64,000 bases of DNA, taken from contig JAUNDC010000009.1 of the NCBI GenBank assembly GCA_030526355.1, positions 1,226 through 65,225 of the forward strand. The letters run 5' to 3'. The position numbers and the translations under genes are program-made. The notes under the pieces were generated by a model that was not told the DNA's origin, ran no database searches, and saw only the letters and a program-made list of their open reading frames with translations. The stretch's first letter is position 1, and every line of letters starts with the position of its first letter. This DNA is from Bacillota bacterium (GTDB lineage: Bacteria > Bacillota > Clostridia > Peptostreptococcales > Anaerovoracaceae). Shown here in pieces: positions 44,232 to 54,310 of this stretch.

Positions 44232-46742
44232 TCAATTCTTGTGCTCTGTAGTGTATTCGATTATCATGCGGTTCAGCTTGTAAATATCAAGCGGCTTGGC
44301 AATATGTGCATTCATCCCTGCATCGAGACATTTTCTGATATCTTCTGCGAAGGCATTTGCCGTCATGGCGATTATCGGAACAGTCTCAGCATCCGGATGA
44401 CTGCACGCACGGATTCGCCTTGCCGCTTCATAGCCATCCATCACAGGCATCTGGATATCCATGAGTATGATATTAAATTCACCGGCATCAGAGGTTTCGA
44501 AACGTTCAACTGCTTCCGTACCATTGTACACGGCACAGCATTCAGCACCGTACATTTCCAGCAGATCCAGGATGAGCTCCACATTCATCGGTGTATCCTC
44601 TGCAATAAGGATATGTATACCGTCAAGTGAACCGGATTCACTGGTTTCAGGCTGACATACCGTTATCCTGTCACATCGTCTGAGCTCCAGCTCCACTCTG
44701 AAGGTAGTTCCCTCGCCCGGAGTGCTCTCTGCCGAAATATTTCCGCCCATCAGATCTACAAGACTCTTTGTTATTGACATTCCCAGCCCTGTCCCCTGAA
44801 TTCCGCTCACAGTTGTATTGTTTTCCCTTGTAAAAGGCTCAAACATCACATCAATGTACTCTTTGCTTATCCCTATGCCACTGTCACTGACCTTAAAGCT
44901 CAGGTGCGCATAATTCTCTGAAACCTGCTCAAGCTCGGTTACTTCAAGACTGATGTCGCCACCCTCCGGCGTATACTTAACGGCATTTGTCAGCAGATTG
45001 AGGAGTATCTGCCGTATTCTGGTGCAGTCTCCGCTGAAATCATCTTCAGCCAGTGCCCCGCAGCATACCGTATAATTCTGATTCTTGGCAACAAGCTGCG
45101 GCTGTATAACGGCATAAACGCTCTCCAGCAACTCGCTCAGTTTGAAATCTCCCATGTTCAAGGTCATTTTGCCGCTTTCTATTCTGCTCATATCAAGGAT
45201 GTCATTTATCAGCCCCAAAAGGTGCTGTCCCGATGCCGTTATCTTGGAAATATACTCATGTACTCGCTCAGGAGAATCGGCGTTCTTTTCCAGCAAACGG
45301 GCAAATCCGATTATGGCATTCATCGGAGTTCTGATGTCATGTGACATGTTGGCAAGAAAGCTGCTCTTTGCCAAGGTGGCGCTTCTAGCTATATCCAGGG
45401 CCTGTTCAAGACGGCGATGGCTCTGACGTTCCTCCGTCTGGTCCGTCATTACCAGCAGAAGCTTCTCCTGATCATCTATACGAAGATAATACAAGGTCTC
45501 ATCATACCATCTGACTTCTCCTGTCTGTTCATTGATTCTCTCGTGGTGCTGATGAATGGAGCCTTCTAGCGGCAGCTTCTCCAGCTCTGCACGCAGCTCC
45601 ATCCAGTCATAATCCATACCGCTGTTCAGCCTGTGGTAATCCCTGTAAAGCTCCTCCGCCGGGATTCCCAGAAGCCTCTCCATATTAGGGCTTATGTATT
45701 CCACGGCGCGCCCTTCATCTGCCGAAAGCATTATATAAACATCAGAGGTATTATTGACAAGCATATTGAACATCTGTTTTCTGTATTTCAGCTCAGCATC
45801 CTTCTCCCTGATTTTGCTGAGGCTGTGCTGCATAATGTGATAAACCGCGAGCATTATCAGCATAATAAATATAAACCCGATAATAAGTATCGTGAACCAC
45901 TGTACCTGATTGACACTTGAATTAACTACACCGGCAGGAGTTATCCCCAGAAGTATCCAGTCCTGAAATCCGATATGCTCATATACCATATAATATTTGA
46001 CACCCCTCAGGCTGTATCTGGCTGTGCCGCTCTTTCCTTCTGCAAGCTCCTTTCTTATCTGAGCAACATCTCCATTTTCAAACGAACCGTACACTTCAAG
46101 GTATCTGAAATAGTTGTACGGCCTATTCTCATCATTTCCTACGGAATACAGCACGCGGCCGTCATGCGAAACTATCCGGCAGTTGGCATTATTGTCAAAT
46201 GCCGTAAAGCAAAGCACCTTCTCCATTTTTTTCTTGTCATACCCCACTGCGATAGCGGAATATTCAAAGCCATTATATGTGCCTTCTTCAACCGGTACTG
46301 CAAAAACAGAAAATGCTGTACTGGAATTCAGATTCGCTTCCAGCACAACACTTCCTTTGTCCTCCATCAACGTAGCCAGCTCATCTCCGAAGTCAATATA
46401 GCCGCTCATGCCCTGTTCAGTCATATATCTGCCGTCAGCGTCTATGAAATAAAACTCCGAAAACTGCCAGTTTTCCCTGGCGGTTCTTATATATTCCTTT
46501 ACATTCTCTTCATTCCCAAGCTCCAGCTGCTCCTGTATATACGGTTCCCAATCCTTCAGCATGTTCCAGTTTCTTGAAACAAGCGAAGTGAAGGTCTCAT
46601 TAACCTGTCCGTACAGCTCCTGCAAATGCACAGAGCTCTCCTTGTATATGCTCTTCTGCACCAGGTTCACATAGATCATACAAGCACACAGTATAATTAA
46701 CGCACATACCACTGTGACAACACTGTTCTTCCTGCTACGCAA
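44232..46742 (-). CDS. Hybrid sensor histidine kinase (extracytoplasmic domain, PAS, HisKA, HATPase, REC)
   Basis: [42 protein letters not shown], and [35 protein letters not shown] start with AAGGGGGGAG SD. Confidence 0.9.
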   Translation of the reverse strand: MRSRKNSVVTVVCALIILCACMIYVNLVQKSIYKESSVHLQELYGQVNETFTSLVSRNWNMLKDWEPYIQEQLELGNEENVKEYIRTARENWQFSEFYFIDADGRYMTEQGMSGYIDFGDELATLMEDKGSVVLEANLNSSTAFSVFAVPVEEGTYNGFEYSAIAVGYDKKKMEKVLCFTAFDNNANCRIVSHDGRVLYSVGNDENRPYNYFRYLEVYGSFENGDVAQIRKELAEGKSGTARYSLRGVKYYMVYEHIGFQDWILLGITPAGVVNSSVNQVQWFTILIIGFIFIMLIMLAVYHIMQHSLSKIREKDAELKYRKQMFNMLVNNTSDVYIMLSADEGRAVEYISPNMERLLGIPAEELYRDYHRLNSGMDYDWMELRAELEKLPLEGSIHQHHERINEQTGEVRWYDETLYYLRIDDQEKLLLVMTDQTEERQSHRRLEQALDIARSATLAKSSFLANMSHDIRTPMNAIIGFARLLEKNADSPERVHEYISKITASGQHLLGLINDILDMSRIESGKMTLNMGDFKLSELLESVYAVIQPQLVAKNQNYTVCCGALAEDDFSGDCTRIRQILLNLLTNAVKYTPEGGDISLEVTELEQVSENYAHLSFKVSDSGIGISKEYIDVMFEPFTRENNTTVSGIQGTGLGMSITKSLVDLMGGNISAESTPGEGTTFRVELELRRCDRITVCQPETSESGSLDGIHILIAEDTPMNVELILDLLEMYGAECCAVYNGTEAVERFETSDAGEFNIILMDIQMPVMDGYEAARRIRACSHPDAETVPIIAMTANAFAEDIRKCLDAGMNAHIAKPLDIYKLNRMIIEYTTEHKN

Positions 46743-46772
46743 TGCAGCTCCCCCCTTTTTCGTGAACAGACG

Positions 46773-47804
46773 CTATTTATAACTGAGCTCACAGTTCTGG
46801 TCGACTACTTCAACCCATGAATTACCAGGTGTCAGCTTGAATTCATTTCCTTCTGTATCAGTAAAAATGGTTCTTGAATCCAGATTCTCTCTGGCCCAGG
46901 TTCCCTTTACAGCCACACCATTTGTAAACAGCACCGCTTCGCCGCCAGCGCACATATCTATCTGCAAGCGTCCCTTTTCATCGAGAACGCTGCTCTTTAC
47001 CTTCTGTACAAGCACATTGCTGCATGTAATCGGCTCACCTGTCTCCTTGTCGGTATATTCCTTGCCGAAGACAGTTCTTGTGTATTTGCCGGTTTCGGCG
47101 TCGTATGTGAACTTATAATCAATTGCGGAATATTTGAATGAAAGCTCTGCTGCAGCCTCTCCCTCATTGAGCTGTCCACCGCTGAGGAAGCTGAATGGTC
47201 TGATATCCTGCTTCTCGCCCCACCAGCCGCTGCTGTCTATCTTGTTTTTCACTTCCGTCCATTTGATATATGAATTGTGCGGAGCTTCCTTGTCATCAAC
47301 TCTGTAGAACTTACAGTCGCTGTTCATGGCATTGATGTACGGAACCACATCGCTCATCAGATATTCCTTAGCCTGAGGGCTCCACCCATGTGCCAGAAAA
47401 ACGCCCTTGTACTCTCTCGTCAGGTCCACGAAATACGGTCTGGTACTTCTGATAGGTCCGAACTCTTCAGGGAACTGTCCGTAATATATCGCCTGAAGTC
47501 TCGTCTGCTCTCCCTCAACAGGGAATTCATACACAAGATCCGTTTTGGAAAGCCATGACTGAGGAATAGCGTCCCCTACATTATCTATGGAAACAATCAG
47601 CGGCCTTGCAGGCAGCTCCTCATCATAAACCTGTCCCGTAAGCGGGCTCACATACTGTTCCTTTGCTCCGAAGTCCGCCAGCTTCCCGCCTGCGCCTCCT
47701 GCAAATACGAAGAATCCTGCAGCAGCCAGCACAACGACTACCGCTATTATAACCACAACCACCGGCAGCTTACTTTTCCCCGGCTTTCTTCTTGATGTTG
47801 CCAT
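46773..47804 (-). CDS. DUF3048-family secreted/anchored protein (YerB-like)
   Basis: N-terminal TM anchor, then SPLTGQ..RPLIVSIDNVGDAIPQSWLSKTDLVYEFPVEGEQTRLQAIYY, which is typical of DUF3048. Confidence 0.7.
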   Translation of the reverse strand: MATSRRKPGKSKLPVVVVIIAVVVVLAAAGFFVFAGGAGGKLADFGAKEQYVSPLTGQVYDEELPARPLIVSIDNVGDAIPQSWLSKTDLVYEFPVEGEQTRLQAIYYGQFPEEFGPIRSTRPYFVDLTREYKGVFLAHGWSPQAKEYLMSDVVPYINAMNSDCKFYRVDDKEAPHNSYIKWTEVKNKIDSSGWWGEKQDIRPFSFLSGGQLNEGEAAAELSFKYSAIDYKFTYDAETGKYTRTVFGKEYTDKETGEPITCSNVLVQKVKSSVLDEKGRLQIDMCAGGEAVLFTNGVAVKGTWARENLDSRTIFTDTEGNEFKLTPGNSWVEVVDQNCELSYK

Positions 47805-47932
47805 AATTCTTTTTCTCTCCCTTTCTATTGTAATTTTTTATTTTTTATTGTACCATAGACTTCATGCAAAAGTAAATTTTTCTGCAAAAATAACATTTCG
47901 CTGCATAATAACTATATGGAGGTTACTGAGAT

Positions 47933-48190
47933 ATGAAATACAACTATTCAACAAAAGGCACATGCTCTTCTAACATTGAATTTGAACTGGACGGAGATAT
48001 CGTGAAAAACGTACACTTCCACGGCGGCTGCAACGGCAACCTCAAGGCCATATCAACTCTCGTTGAAGGTATGACTGCACAGCAGCTCATGGAAAAGCTG
48101 TCAGGCATCACCTGCGGATTTAAGAAAACATCATGCTCAGATCAGCTGGCTCAGGCTGTATCTGCGGCATTGCAGAAGGAGCAGGGCTAA
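47933..48190 (+). CDS. TSCPD-domain small protein (TIGR03905-like)
   Basis: YSTKGTCSSNIEFELDGDIVKNVHFHGGCNGNLKAISTLVEGM..GITCG.KKTSCSDQLA. GGAGG SD. Confidence 0.75.
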   Translation: MKYNYSTKGTCSSNIEFELDGDIVKNVHFHGGCNGNLKAISTLVEGMTAQQLMEKLSGITCGFKKTSCSDQLAQAVSAALQKEQG

Positions 48191-49362
48191 TGGGAAAGCT
48201 TCTTATCAGGTTATTTGTTAAGGACTATGAAAACACCGAAGACTCAAAAGTCCGGGAGCGCTACGGCAAATTTGCCGGCGCAGTCGGCATTATCTCCAAT
48301 CTGTTTCTCTGTATTATGAAGATACTGGTTGGCATTTTTTCGCGAAGCATAGCCATCATCGCAGACGGCATTAACAACCTGGCAGACGCTTCCTCGTCCA
48401 TTATCACACTGGTAGGCTTCAAACTGGCTTCACAGCCTGAGGATGAAAATCACCCTTACGGGCATGCACGAATCGAATACCTGACAGGGCTGTTCATTTC
48501 CATCATAATCATCGTGATAGGACTCCAGCTACTGCGTTCCTCAATAGATAAAATCATCCACCCCGATCCGCTTGAATTCAGCTATATCACTATCATAATC
48601 CTGGTGGCCGCCATACTTATCAAGCTATGGCAATCCCGGTTCTATATAAGTATCGGCAGAAAAATCAAATCCGTAACACTCACTGCCACCGCCGCTGACA
48701 GCAGGAACGATGTGATAGCAACATCGGCTGTTCTCGTCAGTGTTCTCGTGGCAAAATTTACAGGGCTTCAGATAGATGGATGGATGGGTTGTCTCGTTGC
48801 CCTCTTTATCATATGGTCGGGAATCCAGCTGGTAAGGGAAACAACCAGTCCGCTTCTGGGAGAAGCCCCCGATCATGAACTTGTTGCCGCAATTACAGAG
48901 ATTGTGGAAAAAGAGCCCGATGTTCTCGGTATACATGATCTCATGGTGCACAACTACGGCCCCGGTAAGATTTTTGCTTCGATTCATATTGAGGTCGATG
49001 CCGACGGTGACCTGATGCAGAGTCACGACATGATTGATAATATAGAAAAGAAAGTTAATGATGAGCTTCATGTGGAATTCGTTGTACATATGGATCCCGT
49101 CAAAACAGATGACCCTCTCATCACAAAAATGAAAAAAATAATCGCAGACGCCTTCGCACCTCTCAGCGGTGTCGAAAGCATCCACGATTTCAGAATCGTT
49201 CCGGGTCCTACCCATACCAATATTATATTTGATGTAGTCCTTGCCCCAGGCTGCAAGCTCTCGGAAAAGGAAATCACAGCAATAGCTGATTCAGCTGCAA
49301 AGGCTGAAAATCCGGCATTCTTTGTGGTAATCACCTTTGACCGCGCTTATACACGCTTGTAA
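48190..49362 (+). CDS. Cation diffusion facilitator (CDF) transporter
   Basis: The ATG overlaps the upstream TAA (TAATG). 6 TM, with ..IADGINNLADASSS.. and ..HPYGHARIEY.. motifs and a C-terminal cytoplasmic domain. Confidence 0.85.
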   Translation: MGKLLIRLFVKDYENTEDSKVRERYGKFAGAVGIISNLFLCIMKILVGIFSRSIAIIADGINNLADASSSIITLVGFKLASQPEDENHPYGHARIEYLTGLFISIIIIVIGLQLLRSSIDKIIHPDPLEFSYITIIILVAAILIKLWQSRFYISIGRKIKSVTLTATAADSRNDVIATSAVLVSVLVAKFTGLQIDGWMGCLVALFIIWSGIQLVRETTSPLLGEAPDHELVAAITEIVEKEPDVLGIHDLMVHNYGPGKIFASIHIEVDADGDLMQSHDMIDNIEKKVNDELHVEFVVHMDPVKTDDPLITKMKKIIADAFAPLSGVESIHDFRIVPGPTHTNIIFDVVLAPGCKLSEKEITAIADSAAKAENPAFFVVITFDRAYTRL

Positions 49363-49374
49363 GCAGTGCCCATG

Positions 49375-50208
49375 CTATGCAGTATACTCACTGCGCAGCA
49401 TTTCTATTTCGCGGGCATAACCGTCCAGCTCATTAGGGGTTTCCAGTATGCATGGAAGCCCTTTTAGTTTAGGATGATTTATCACATTTACGATGGTTTC
49501 CATTCCCAGATGCCCTTCTCCTATTCTGGCATGTCTGTCCTTGTGGGAGCCTGCAGGATTAAGGCTGTCATTGATATGGAGAGCGTACAGCTTTTCCAGA
49601 CCTATTACTCTGTCGAACTCATCCAGAACTCCGTCCAGATCGTTGATGATATCGTAGCCTGCATCGCTGACGTGGCATGTATCCATGCATACGCCGAGCT
49701 TATCACTGATTTCTACCCTGTCAATTATCTCCCTCAGTTCTTCAAACCTTCCACCTATTTCACTGCCCTTGCCGGACATTGTTTCCAGCAGAATTATCGT
49801 GGACTGGTCTGGAGTTATAATCCTGTTCAGCAGGTCTGCAATAAGCTCTATGCCCTTCTCTGTTCCCTGTCCCACATGACTTCCCGGATGGAAATTGTAG
49901 TAATTGCCAGGGATGTATTCCATTCTTCTCATATCATCTTCCATGGCGGTGAATGCGAAATTCCTCACCTTCTCAGTACCGGAACACGGATTCAGGGTAT
50001 ATGGCGCATGAGCTACCAGCTTGGCAAAACTGTTCTTCTCTGCCAGCTCAAGAAAACGCTTCACATCCTCAGGATCTATGTCCTTAGCCTTGCCTCCTCT
50101 GGGATTTCTGGTAAAAAACTGAAATGTATCAGCGTTAATCTCCAGTGCCTGCTTTCCCATATTTTCAAAGCCCTTTACCGATGAAAGATGACATCCTATA
50201 TGCAGCAT
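49375..50208 (-). CDS. nfo: Endonuclease IV (AP endonuclease)
   Basis: [34 protein letters not shown] and [12 protein letters not shown], ending in HINDS..DRHA..G. Confidence 0.9.
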   Translation of the reverse strand: MLHIGCHLSSVKGFENMGKQALEINADTFQFFTRNPRGGKAKDIDPEDVKRFLELAEKNSFAKLVAHAPYTLNPCSGTEKVRNFAFTAMEDDMRRMEYIPGNYYNFHPGSHVGQGTEKGIELIADLLNRIITPDQSTIILLETMSGKGSEIGGRFEELREIIDRVEISDKLGVCMDTCHVSDAGYDIINDLDGVLDEFDRVIGLEKLYALHINDSLNPAGSHKDRHARIGEGHLGMETIVNVINHPKLKGLPCILETPNELDGYAREIEMLRSEYTA

Positions 50209-50209
50209 T

Positions 50210-51697
50210 TTATTTCACCAGGCTGAAGTCTGCTGCTCCACGACCGCAAAGCGGGCATTTGAAATCTGCCGGAAGCTCTCCTTCACATTCATGCTCATAA
50301 CCGCAGATGTTGCAGACATACTTGTTTTTCGCAGGAGTGCATCCACAGTTGCATGAGCATGCATTGTCTTCAGATGGTTGTTTTGTGAAGTCCGCAGGTC
50401 CTCTGCCGCAGAGAGGGCATCTGAAGTCCTCAGGCAACTCTCCATCGCAGTCATGCTCAAATCCGCAGATATTGCATATATATTTGTTCATTTTTACGCC
50501 TTCAGGCTCCTCACATACACAGCAGCATGCTCCATTCATGCATGCCAGCTCTGCTGCCAGAGCCTTGATCTGCTTAACGGTATCGTCATTTACAGCAGAC
50601 AAGATTGTCACGTTGTTTTCTGCAATTATAAGATTCTTTGAGTCTTCGAGCTTTGCTCTCATGATTTTCTGAGCCGCTGGAGCCCATGAACCGTTTTCGA
50701 TAAATGCAACTGCTCTGTTCTGGAAGTTTCTCTCAGTCAGGTGGTCTATGAACTGCTGCATGAACGGGAAGATTTCTCCATTGTATGTAGTAGTTGCCAG
50801 CACCAGTCTGTCATATCTGAAAGCATCCTCTACAGCCTCTGCCATGTCGCATCTTGCCAGATCGCTTACTTCCACTGTTTCAACGCCCCGTGCTCTCAGC
50901 TCCTCTGCCAGAAGCTCAACAGCCTGTCTGGTGTTTCCGTATACCGATGTATAGCAGATGCACACGCCTTCTGATTCAGGTCTGTAGGATGACCATGTAT
51001 CATAAAGATCTATATAGTATCCCAGATTTTCCTTGAGAACAGGTCCATGAAGCGGACAGATGGTTTCTATCTCAAGACCTGCTGCCTTCTTCAGCACAGC
51101 CTGAACCTGAGCTCCATATTTACCGACAATACCTATGTAATATCTTCTGGCCTCGCATGCCCAGTCTTCATCTACATCCAGAGCTCCGAACTTGCCGAAG
51201 CCGTCAGCTGAGAACAGAACCTTCTCTGTGGATTCATAAGTCATCATTACCTCAGGCCAGTGAACCATAGGTGCGAATACAAAATTCAGCTTATGTGCTC
51301 CAAGCTCGAGAACATCTCCATCTGCAACCTCCAGAGTCTTTCCCATTTCAAGTGTCGGGAAGAACTGACCTATCATCTTGAAGGTTTTCTTGTTTCCTAC
51401 AATTACAGCTTCAGGATATTTCTCTGCAAAAGCCTGAATCGACGCTGAGTGATCCGGCTCCATATGCTGCACGATAAGATAATCCGGCTTCCTGCCATTG
51501 AGGGCAGCTTCGACATTTGCCAGCCATTCAGCTGTTTTTGTCTTTTCCATAGTATCAAATACTGCAGTCTTATCATCCAGAACAACATATGAGTTATATG
51601 CCATTCCATTAGGTACGATATACTGTCCTTCGAACAGGTCTATGTCATGATCATTGACGCCAACGTAAATAATTGAATCAGTTACCTTATTGCTCAT
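50210..51697 (-). CDS. Flavodiiron protein fused to two C-terminal rubredoxin domains
   Basis: Diiron motif HMEPDH, a flavodoxin-like middle, then [33 protein letters not shown] and [33 protein letters not shown]. Confidence 0.85.
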   Translation of the reverse strand: MSNKVTDSIIYVGVNDHDIDLFEGQYIVPNGMAYNSYVVLDDKTAVFDTMEKTKTAEWLANVEAALNGRKPDYLIVQHMEPDHSASIQAFAEKYPEAVIVGNKKTFKMIGQFFPTLEMGKTLEVADGDVLELGAHKLNFVFAPMVHWPEVMMTYESTEKVLFSADGFGKFGALDVDEDWACEARRYYIGIVGKYGAQVQAVLKKAAGLEIETICPLHGPVLKENLGYYIDLYDTWSSYRPESEGVCICYTSVYGNTRQAVELLAEELRARGVETVEVSDLARCDMAEAVEDAFRYDRLVLATTTYNGEIFPFMQQFIDHLTERNFQNRAVAFIENGSWAPAAQKIMRAKLEDSKNLIIAENNVTILSAVNDDTVKQIKALAAELACMNGACCCVCEEPEGVKMNKYICNICGFEHDCDGELPEDFRCPLCGRGPADFTKQPSEDNACSCNCGCTPAKNKYVCNICGYEHECEGELPADFKCPLCGRGAADFSLVK

Positions 51698-51721
51698 TTC
51701 TTTAACCTCTTTTCTGTATAA

Positions 51722-52657
51722 TTACGGCAATACTTTTATTTCATCTCCGGGCTTCACCTTCCCCGGTTTGTTCACTTTAATGAAGATACCTTCTCGAGGC
51801 ATCACGCAGTCTCCGGCCAGCTCTCTGATAGCGCAGCCGTGATGGCACTCTTTGCCTATCTGGGTTATCTCACCCTCGGCCTGCCCGATCTGCAGCTTCG
51901 TACCTACGGGAAGTGTAAAGAGCACGAGTCCTTCCGTCACGATGTTCTCTGCAAAATCTCCGTTGGCCAGCTTGTAGTCAAGGGCTTTCTGGGTTTTGGC
52001 TATGCTTTCGGCAGCCAGCAGGCTCACCTGTCTGTGCCAGTTTCCTGCATGTGCGTCGCCTACGATGCCGTGTTCCTTTTCCAGATAAACCTCTGAGACC
52101 TCATGCTTCTGAACGCCCTTCTGTTCACTTATGCATACTGCCTTGACCCTGCCCTTCGGCAAGTGAATGGCAGCGCAGTCACCGGCTTCACCAAGCAGCA
52201 CCTCCACTCCATGCTTTATCGGCTTGATTACTGCTTCCAGGCATTCGGTCGCCGCTTTCCTGCTTCCGGGCAGATTGATTATCAGCGTCTGCTTTCTCAG
52301 TCCTGCCGCTGCTCTGGAGAGCATTCCCATCGGTGTTATCTTCATGCTTTCGGCACGCATGGCCTCCGGTATGCCTCTGACCTCTCTGTCAACAACCGCC
52401 AGAGTCGCTTCAGGTGTCACATCTCTCATAGAAAATCCCGTTCCGCCGGTTGTCGCCACAAGTGTGACTCTCAGCTCATCGGCACATTTTATTAGCTCCT
52501 GCTTTATTGTTTCCATATCATCGGGAATCATGGTTCTGTACTCTACCTTCCAGCCGTTTGCCTTGAGTATTTCCACCACCGAATCACCGGCTGTATCCTC
52601 CCTGAGTCCCTGCGAGCCTTTATCGCTCATCGTTATTACAGCTGCTCTGTATTCCAT
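51722..52657 (-). CDS. MoaB/Mog-like molybdopterin-binding domain fused to a MOSC domain
   Basis: N-terminal AAVITMSDKGSQG..TTGGTGFSMRD. The C-terminal part has ..GDAHAGNWHRQVSLL.. and a beta-barrel-like MOSC region. Confidence 0.75.
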   Translation of the reverse strand: MEYRAAVITMSDKGSQGLREDTAGDSVVEILKANGWKVEYRTMIPDDMETIKQELIKCADELRVTLVATTGGTGFSMRDVTPEATLAVVDREVRGIPEAMRAESMKITPMGMLSRAAAGLRKQTLIINLPGSRKAATECLEAVIKPIKHGVEVLLGEAGDCAAIHLPKGRVKAVCISEQKGVQKHEVSEVYLEKEHGIVGDAHAGNWHRQVSLLAAESIAKTQKALDYKLANGDFAENIVTEGLVLFTLPVGTKLQIGQAEGEITQIGKECHHGCAIRELAGDCVMPREGIFIKVNKPGKVKPGDEIKVLP

Positions 52658-52760
52658 ATTGCTCCTTCTTTTTCTTATATTCTCATTTTTATCCCGCTTT
52701 TTACTGCCGTTGCGGAGTTCTTATTTATGACATATTTCATATCATTTCCCGGGAAATCGC

Positions 52761-53237
52761 CTATTTGCGATAAAAGTCCCCACTCTTTCCGCCCTTCTTC
52801 GAAAGAAGACAGATTTCGTCTATAACCATATCCTTCTGGACTGCCTTGCACATATCGTACACTGTCAGAGCTGCTGCGGAAACTGCCGTCAGAGCTTCCA
52901 TTTCCACACCTGTTACTCCCTTGCACTTTACCTCTGCCTGTATCTCGACTGCCAGCAGCTCTTCATTCATATTGAACCTGATGTCTATTCCCGTCAGCAT
53001 CAACGGATGGCACATCGGTATGATGTCAGAGGTCTTTTTGGCTGCCATGATTCCTGCTATCTGTGCAGTGCCCAGTACATCGCCTTTTTTCATGCCTCCG
53101 GTTTTAATTTTATCAAAGGTTTCGCGGTTAACCAGAACTCTTCCTGCCGCCACTGCAGTACGCTCGGTTTCGGATTTCATTCCCACGTCTACCATCTTCG
53201 CTCTGCCTTCATCGTTAAAATGTGTGAACTCTGCCAT
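52761..53237 (-). CDS. moaC: Cyclic pyranopterin monophosphate synthase MoaC
   Basis: [20 protein letters not shown].., [30 protein letters not shown], and [22 protein letters not shown]. Confidence 0.9.
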   Translation of the reverse strand: MAEFTHFNDEGRAKMVDVGMKSETERTAVAAGRVLVNRETFDKIKTGGMKKGDVLGTAQIAGIMAAKKTSDIIPMCHPLMLTGIDIRFNMNEELLAVEIQAEVKCKGVTGVEMEALTAVSAAALTVYDMCKAVQKDMVIDEICLLSKKGGKSGDFYRK

Positions 53238-53238
53238 T

Positions 53239-54192
53239 TCATCCTCCTATGCGATTCATATTCCTTCCTGCTCTGCTTGGATTGTCAGCATCCATTGTTT
53301 CACGTTTCTGCGGTTTATTGAGAATTGCTTCCCTCATTATCTCCGCCATCTCATCCTGAGTATGGCCTTTGACGGAAATCTCCGCATCAAGATGCAGGCA
53401 TGGCTTCAGCATTCCGTCTGCTGTAAGTCTTATTTTATTGCAGCCGCTGCAGAATTCGCAGCTGATAGGTCTGATGAGTCCTACTCTTCCTGCAGCTCCC
53501 GGAAGTCTGTACATGGATGCCACGCCATCCGACAGCTCAAGGGATTCCAGCTCAGGTACCCTTTGCAGAACCTGCTGACAGCTGATGAATTTCGCCTTGT
53601 CAAAGTCTATCCCGCCGCCGATAGGCATCAGCTCGATGAATCTCACCTCGATCGGTCTGTCCTTCGTCAGATTGACAAAGGCTTCTATCTCATCGTCATT
53701 AAACCCGCCCATCAGCACTGTATTTATTTTTATTTTCTCAAAGCCGGCTTCAAAGGCAGCTTCTATCCCGTCCAGAACATCATCCAGCTCGCCCAGCCTC
53801 GTGATATAGCTGAATTTATCTCGATCAAGAGTGTCCAGACTTATGTTGAGCCGGTTTACGCCTGCATCATAAAGACGCTTTGCATATTTTCGCAGCAGTG
53901 TGCCGTTGGTGGTTATGCATAGCTCCTCCACTCCGTCAATTGCTGCAATCTCTTCGCAAAGCTTCACGATACCACGTTTAACAAGCGGTTCCCCACCTGT
54001 TATCCTGATTTTTCTGATACCCAGAGAAACTGCTGCCTTTGCTGCATCAACAGTTTCCTCCGCTGTCATCATTTCCTCGTGACTTCGTTTCTCGATACCT
54101 TCCTCCGGCATACAGTATCTGCATCTCAGATTGCAGAGCTCCGTTACCGAAATTCTTATATAGTTTATATCTCTGCCGTAATTATCTATCAT
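53239..54192 (-). CDS. moaA: GTP 3',8-cyclase MoaA (radical SAM)
   Basis: [29 protein letters not shown] and a C-terminal CxxCNKxRLTADG cluster. A TATAAT promoter and SD lie in the short leader. Confidence 0.9.
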   Translation of the reverse strand: MIDNYGRDINYIRISVTELCNLRCRYCMPEEGIEKRSHEEMMTAEETVDAAKAAVSLGIRKIRITGGEPLVKRGIVKLCEEIAAIDGVEELCITTNGTLLRKYAKRLYDAGVNRLNISLDTLDRDKFSYITRLGELDDVLDGIEAAFEAGFEKIKINTVLMGGFNDDEIEAFVNLTKDRPIEVRFIELMPIGGGIDFDKAKFISCQQVLQRVPELESLELSDGVASMYRLPGAAGRVGLIRPISCEFCSGCNKIRLTADGMLKPCLHLDAEISVKGHTQDEMAEIMREAILNKPQKRETMDADNPSRAGRNMNRIGG

Positions 54193-54310
54193 CTGGTATA
54201 GTTTCTCCGTTCCGCTCCATTATATCAGAAAAAGTCCAGTTAGTCAGCAGTAGTTTCTCAAATACCGGTTTTTTCTATATTCCGTAAATTTCAGGGTTTT
54301 CTCGCTTTGT

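Noticed and set aside
52746-52757. TTTCCCGGGAAA perfect palindrome after moaC as a terminator
   Set aside because: It has no loop and no T-tract, so it cannot form a useful RNA hairpin. It may be a protein site, but there is nothing to support that.
52846-53922. 358-aa plus-strand ORF (and similar long antisense ORFs at 1312-2061, 4732-5244, 20434-21102, 33690-34172, 36088-36618, 41392-41913, 44217-44630, 45975-46577, 48625-49215, 49474-50184, 56244-56741 and 62579-63028)
   Set aside because: All lie antisense to genes with unambiguous family motifs (moaA/moaC, GGDEF, AAA+, scfB, hydB, SEDS, kinases, CDF, nfo, ABC). They have Ser/Leu/Cys-rich low-complexity translations and no SD, so they are shadow ORFs.
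54193-54310. Moco riboswitch upstream of moaA
   Set aside because: The minus-strand intergenic region contains a CTGACT-17-TATAAT promoter only about 30 nt from the start codon. That leaves no room for the ~130-nt Moco aptamer, and I could find none of its conserved segments.
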